Positions 59,774 to 64,000 of a stretch of DNA of 64,000 nt are shown here, piece after piece; position 1 is the stretch's first letter; every line of letters begins with the position of its first letter. The notes under the pieces were generated by a model. That model searched no databases and was not told where the DNA came from. It saw nothing but the letters and a program-made list of their open reading frames with translations. Origin of the DNA: Polyangiales bacterium. GTDB taxonomy: Bacteria; Myxococcota_A; Polyangia; Polyangiales; Polyangiaceae. The position numbers and the translations under genes are program-made. The stretch lies in the NCBI GenBank assembly GCA_038231275.1, contig JBBRLQ010000015.1, positions 64,001 to 128,000 of the forward strand, given 5' to 3'.

Positions 59774-61152
59774 CCGTGGGCTTGAACGGCCTGCTCGGTC
59801 TCGCCCGTGACGCGCTGGCGGCGAACTCATTCGCCCTCGACGTCACCGGCCAGAACGTCGCGAACGTGAACACGCCCGGCTACGTCCGCCGGAGCGCCAT
59901 TCTCCAGACACGGATCGCCGGAAATGTGACGTACGGCGGCGTCGACGCGCTCGGCGTCCAGCGCTCCGTCGATCAGTTCGTCGATGCGCGCGTGTACGAC
60001 GCCACCGGCAACGCCGCGAGCGCGCAGACGCGCGACGGGCAGCTCGCCGGCGTCGAGGGCCTGTTCAACGACACCAACGGGACCGGGCTCGGAAGCTCCA
60101 TTTCGGCGCTTTTTGGCTCATTTTCTGCCCTTTCGGCGAGCCCCACCGACGACGCCGCGCGGGCCAACGTGCTCTCGCGCGCCGAAGATTTCGCGTCGCG
60201 CCTCCGCGACACAAGCGCGACGATCCAGACGCAGCGGCAGGACGAGCTCACGCAAGCCGGCGACGTCACCAAGAGCGCGAACGATCTCGCGAGCCAGATC
60301 GCGAAGCTCAACGAGCAGATCAAGGCCGCCGAGAACGTCGGCGGCGACGCGTCCGATCTCCACGACAAGCAGGGATCACTCGTCGGCCAGCTGAGCCAGC
60401 TCGTCGACGTGCACACGTTCACCGACGCGCACGGGCAGCTCGTGGTCCGCGCCGCGGGAGCCACGCTCGTCGAGGGCAACGCCGCGGGCAGCCTCAGCGT
60501 CACCACCGACGCCGCCGGCGCCATGCGCCTCATGATGAACCGTCCGCAAGGCAGCGCGATCGACGTGACCGCGCACTTGACCGGCGGCCAGCTCGCCGGG
60601 CTCAAAGAGGTCCGCGACAACGACGCCACCGCGGTGCTCGCGCGCCTCGACCAACTCGCGAAGGACGTCGGCAACGCCGTCAACGCGCAGCATATGTCCG
60701 GCTTCGGCACCGACGGCTCCACCGGCAACGCAGTATTCAGCGGCACCGGCAGCGCGGCCACGATCGCGCTCGACGCCGGCATGGTCGGTCACCCCGAGAA
60801 GGTCGCCGCCTCGAGCAGCGCGGCCGACGTGCCCGGCGGATCAGGAAACGCGGTGGCGCTCGCCGCGCTCTCGACCAAGCCGATCGTCGGCGGATCCATC
60901 ACGGCGGCCGATGCATACGGCGGCCTCGTGGGTGACATCGGGCAGCGAAAGGCGCAGGCCGCGCAGGACAGCGATCTCCGCGGCTCGATGAAAGCCCAGG
61001 TCGAGGCGATGCGCTCGAGCCAAGAGGGCGTCTCCGTCGACGAAGAGATGATCAACCTCACCAAGTACCAGCGCGCCTACGAGGCGGCCTCGAAGCTCGT
61101 CAGCACCGCCGACCAGCTTCTTCAACAACTGATGAATGAGGTCGGTCGATGA
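59770..61152 (+). CDS. flgK: Hook-filament junction protein FlgK
   Basis: LDVTGQNVANVNTPGYVR, GVSVDEEMINLTKYQRAYEAA. Confidence 0.95.
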   Translation: MTVGLNGLLGLARDALAANSFALDVTGQNVANVNTPGYVRRSAILQTRIAGNVTYGGVDALGVQRSVDQFVDARVYDATGNAASAQTRDGQLAGVEGLFNDTNGTGLGSSISALFGSFSALSASPTDDAARANVLSRAEDFASRLRDTSATIQTQRQDELTQAGDVTKSANDLASQIAKLNEQIKAAENVGGDASDLHDKQGSLVGQLSQLVDVHTFTDAHGQLVVRAAGATLVEGNAAGSLSVTTDAAGAMRLMMNRPQGSAIDVTAHLTGGQLAGLKEVRDNDATAVLARLDQLAKDVGNAVNAQHMSGFGTDGSTGNAVFSGTGSAATIALDAGMVGHPEKVAASSSAADVPGGSGNAVALAALSTKPIVGGSITAADAYGGLVGDIGQRKAQAAQDSDLRGSMKAQVEAMRSSQEGVSVDEEMINLTKYQRAYEAASKLVSTADQLLQQLMNEVGR

Positions 61153-62030
61153 GAGTCAGCGATGGAATGCGGCTCGAGAGCATGACGCAGCAACTCGCGC
61201 AGCTCTCGCAACGCGAGCTCACGGCGTCGCGACAGGCCTCGACGGGAATGCGCCTCAGCGCGCCCAGCGACGATCCGGTGGCGGCGGCGCAGGCGGCGCG
61301 CGTGCAGGCGTCCCTCGACGCGACGGACGGGTACCGGACCACGATCCGCGACGTGCGCGGAGACGTGGACCTCGCAGAGACCACGCTGGCGAGCGCCGGG
61401 GACATCCTTACGCGCGCCGGGGAGCTCGCGATGCAAGGCGCGAACGGCTCGCTGAACGCCAGCGACCGCGCGGCGCTCGGGCAAGAGGTCGCGCAACTGA
61501 AGGACCAGATGGTGACGCTCGCCAACGCGAAGGGCAGCACGGGCTACCTGTTCGGTGGGACGGCGAGCACCACGCCGCCGTTCGACGCCGCCGGGACATT
61601 TGCGGGAAATCCGAACGACCGCGTCGCGGCGGTGGGCGCCAACGTGAGCATGACGGTGAGCGTCAACGGAGCAACGGCCTTCACGGCGGCCGGCGGGCGC
61701 GACGTGTTCACCGAGCTCTCGAACCTCCAGACGGCGCTCTCCACGAACAACGTCGCCGCGCTCTCGCCGAGCGTCGCCACGCTGGACGGCGCGCGCCGCC
61801 AAGTCCTCGCCGCGCGCCTCGACGCCGGCACCAAGCTCGCGCGCCTCGACACCGCCGACGCCGCGCACCAGGCCGGCCAGACGACGCTCGCGACGCAGCG
61901 ATCGGGGCTCTTGCAGATCGATCCTGCGGCCGCGTACACGCAGCTCCAAGCGACGCAGGCCGCCGTCGAGCAGTCCATCGCCGTCGCGCGCAGCACGCTG
62001 GCGACGCTGTCGCAGAACCGATTCGGCTGA
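61149..62030 (+). CDS. flgL: Hook-filament junction protein FlgL
   Basis: MRVS, STGMRLSAPSDDPVAA, YLFGG. Confidence 0.9.
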   Translation: MRVSDGMRLESMTQQLAQLSQRELTASRQASTGMRLSAPSDDPVAAAQAARVQASLDATDGYRTTIRDVRGDVDLAETTLASAGDILTRAGELAMQGANGSLNASDRAALGQEVAQLKDQMVTLANAKGSTGYLFGGTASTTPPFDAAGTFAGNPNDRVAAVGANVSMTVSVNGATAFTAAGGRDVFTELSNLQTALSTNNVAALSPSVATLDGARRQVLAARLDAGTKLARLDTADAAHQAGQTTLATQRSGLLQIDPAAAYTQLQATQAAVEQSIAVARSTLATLSQNRFG

Positions 62031-62033
62031 CGT

Positions 62034-62049
62034 TGGCACCTCCGGTGCA
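62034..62049 (+). promoter_or_regulatory. Sigma54 promoter for csrA-maf
   Basis: TGGCACCTCCGGTGCA followed by an AAGGAG RBS. Confidence 0.7.
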
Positions 62050-62075
62050 TCGTTCCTCTCGAAGGAGACGGAACG

Positions 62076-62345
62076 ATGCTCATGATCTCGCGTCGCATCG
62101 GTGAAAGCATCTGCATTGGGGACGACGTCGAGATCGTCATCAAGGAGATCCACCGCCGTACCGTGAAGCTCGCCGTGAAGGCGGGCCCTCGCCAGTTGAT
62201 CCTCCGCGGTGAGCTGCGCGCGTCGATCGAGGCGGCAAACCGCGCCGCCACCACGACCGCGCCCGACTTCCAGCTGCCCGCGCCGGCGGCCGCGGCCGTG
62301 CACGCGTCGGAGCGGCCTCGCACGGTTCCCCCGGGGACGCCGTGA
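62076..62345 (+). CDS. csrA: Carbon storage regulator CsrA (flagellar, FliW-regulated type)
   Basis: MLMISRRIGESICIGDDVEIVI...LRGEL...ANRAA with C-terminal extension. Confidence 0.85.
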   Translation: MLMISRRIGESICIGDDVEIVIKEIHRRTVKLAVKAGPRQLILRGELRASIEAANRAATTTAPDFQLPAPAAAAVHASERPRTVPPGTP

Positions 62346-64000
62346 ACGACGCGCCCGCCGGCGCGTTCGCGCGCGCGATGCTGGAAGGGAACGTCGAGGC
62401 CTTGGGCCTCACGGGCCTGAGCCTGCTCGCGCTTCGCGACGCGACCCCACGCGGGCGCTACGTGATCCTCGACGACGGCAGCCCGGCGATCGACCTCGGA
62501 GACATGCTCCTCGATCGCTCGGCCGATCCGCGCGCACACGAGGAGCTCCTCGCGTCGCTCGAGCGCACCGCGCAGGACGTCATCCTCTTGTTCGGCGTCG
62601 GCGCCGGGCACATCGCTCGCTCGCTGCGTGATCGCTCGCGCGCGAGCGTGATCATCTACGAGCCAGACCCCGGCGTCCTGCGCACGGTGCTCGAGGCCGG
62701 CCCCTGCGATCTCGGCGGCGTTCCCGTCGTGTGCGACATGAACGACCTGAAGGCGGTGTGGCAGCGTCACTCGCGCGCGCGTCCGGCGGCGACGACGGTG
62801 CAGACGCCCGGGTACGCCGAGGCGTTCCCCGCGGAGCTGGAGCGCGTCGTCGCGACCGTCCGCGAGATGCTGAACGACGAGCAGTGCGTAGAGAACACAC
62901 GTCGTGTGCGCTTCCGCCAGTGGATTGACAACCTCGTCGCCAACCTGCCGGCGGTCGCCGGCGCGGTGCCGTGCAACTCGCTCCGCGGCCGCTTCGCGGG
63001 GATGCCCGCGTTCGTGGTCGGCGCCGGCCCGTCGCTCGACGTCAACATCGAGGTGCTCCGGGAGGCGAAGAAGCGCGGCCTCGTCATCGCGGTGAACAGC
63101 AGCGCGTCGGCGCTCGCGGCGGCCGGGATCGCTCCGGACGTCATCGTCTGCATCGAGTCCCTCGACCTCTCGGCGAAGCTCGCTGCGCTCCCCTTCATCG
63201 AGGACGTCCCGCGCATCTTCAGCCTCTCGTCGCATCCCAACAACCTCGCGGTCGGAAGCGGTCCGCTCCTGCCGGTGATCGAGAAGCTCCCGGCGTTCGA
63301 GACCGTGAGCGAGCTGCTCCGTGGCCCCGGCGCCGAGGTCGGCGGCAGCGTCTCCACCGTCGCGTTCTGGGTGGCCAAGCTGCTCGGCTGCTCACCGCTC
63401 GTCCTCGTGGGACAGGATCTCGCCTTCACCGGCTACGGCACCTACGCGAAGGGCACGAGCTACGAAGAGAGCCGAGCGGTGGTTGGCGCCGACGGAAAGA
63501 CGCTGGAATTCGTGTGGAACGACGCGATCACCAAAGCGCACGGCACCGCCGCAGGTCCACTCGCGAAGCGCGCCGATCTCGTCATGGTCGACGCGTGGGG
63601 CGGCGAGGGACTCGTGCCCTCGGGCGTCATGTTCGCGTCCTTCCGCGCGTGGTTCGAGGTCGCCGCCGCGGTGTTCGCGGTGACCGATCCCGAGATCACG
63701 CTCGTCAACGCGACCGAGGGCGGCTCGCGCATCCACGGTTTCGCCGAGGAGCGCCTCGCGGATCTCGTCGCGAAGCTGCCGGTTCGTGACGTCCCGCCGG
63801 CCGACGAGCTCGCGCGCCTCGCGCGGAGGGAGCTCCCGGTCACGTCGCGCGAGCTCGCGGGGTGGGCCGAGAAGCAAGCCAACCTCGCGCGCCAGGCGTG
63901 CCGCGCGGCCCGACGCGTCGGCGTCTGCGCCGCGCACGCGATTGACCTGCTCGAGAAAGGCGCCGAACCCGACGCCATGAATCGCGCGTTCGACGCGGTC
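62342..64000 (+). CDS. Motility-associated factor (Maf/MAF_flag10) flagellin glycosyltransferase, 3' truncated
   Basis: My own translation (not in the ORF track because it has no stop): LLFGVGAGH, IYEPD, VVGAGPSL, GGSVS, LVGQDLAF, NATEGG; GTGA overlap with csrA. Confidence 0.85.
   Translation, partial: MNDAPAGAFARAMLEGNVEALGLTGLSLLALRDATPRGRYVILDDGSPAIDLGDMLLDRSADPRAHEELLASLERTAQDVILLFGVGAGHIARSLRDRSRASVIIYEPDPGVLRTVLEAGPCDLGGVPVVCDMNDLKAVWQRHSRARPAATTVQTPGYAEAFPAELERVVATVREMLNDEQCVENTRRVRFRQWIDNLVANLPAVAGAVPCNSLRGRFAGMPAFVVGAGPSLDVNIEVLREAKKRGLVIAVNSSASALAAAGIAPDVIVCIESLDLSAKLAALPFIEDVPRIFSLSSHPNNLAVGSGPLLPVIEKLPAFETVSELLRGPGAEVGGSVSTVAFWVAKLLGCSPLVLVGQDLAFTGYGTYAKGTSYEESRAVVGADGKTLEFVWNDAITKAHGTAAGPLAKRADLVMVDAWGGEGLVPSGVMFASFRAWFEVAAAVFAVTDPEITLVNATEGGSRIHGFAEERLADLVAKLPVRDVPPADELARLARRELPVTSRELAGWAEKQANLARQACRAARRVGVCAAHAIDLLEKGAEPDAMNRAFDAV

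Noticed and set aside
26000..64000. Flagellar cluster as a recently acquired genomic island
   Set aside because: No integrase, transposase, tRNA or att-like repeat at the visible left edge, and composition looks like the flanks by eye; the right edge is outside the window

Overview
Very GC-rich bacterial DNA, most likely from a Myxococcota member of the Polyangiaceae/Labilithrix type. This assignment is an inference from the Gly/Ser/Thr-linker lipoproteins, a Cys-rich lipoprotein, the SspB-like and PHM-like proteins and S/T-x-x-P tails. Bases 1-27 kb hold housekeeping and accessory genes: an IorB-like molybdoenzyme with a diheme subunit, LysM-cpoB-pssA, a K+ channel, LivM with a fused LivG/F, a ferritin-like protein, a metzincin, an amidohydrolase, a Cu monooxygenase, an FGE-domain protein and a double GT4. 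Bases 27-64 kb hold an apparently intact flagellar supercluster in two divergent arms: flgBC-fliEFGHIJK-flgDE-fliLMNOPQR-flhBAF-fliA-flgF-fliW on the minus strand, and fleQ-like-flbD-motAB-two unknown genes-flgGAHIJMNKL-csrA-maf on the plus strand. Flagella are unexpected in a classically gliding lineage. The system is also non-canonical. FliM lacks the CheY-P-binding N-terminus, flhG is absent and FlhF has DTAS in place of DTAG, FliK is only 201 aa, and two outer-membrane genes are coupled to motB. A FliA-type promoter drives a CheX-like orphan gene, and there are two sigma54 activators without receiver domains plus a His-less hybrid kinase. Nine sigma54-type and two sigma28-type promoter motifs can be read directly from the sequence. 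Flagellin, fliD, fliS and che genes are not in the window. I saw no rRNA, tRNA, CRISPR array or mobile element. All calls come from motif reading only; no database searches were run.
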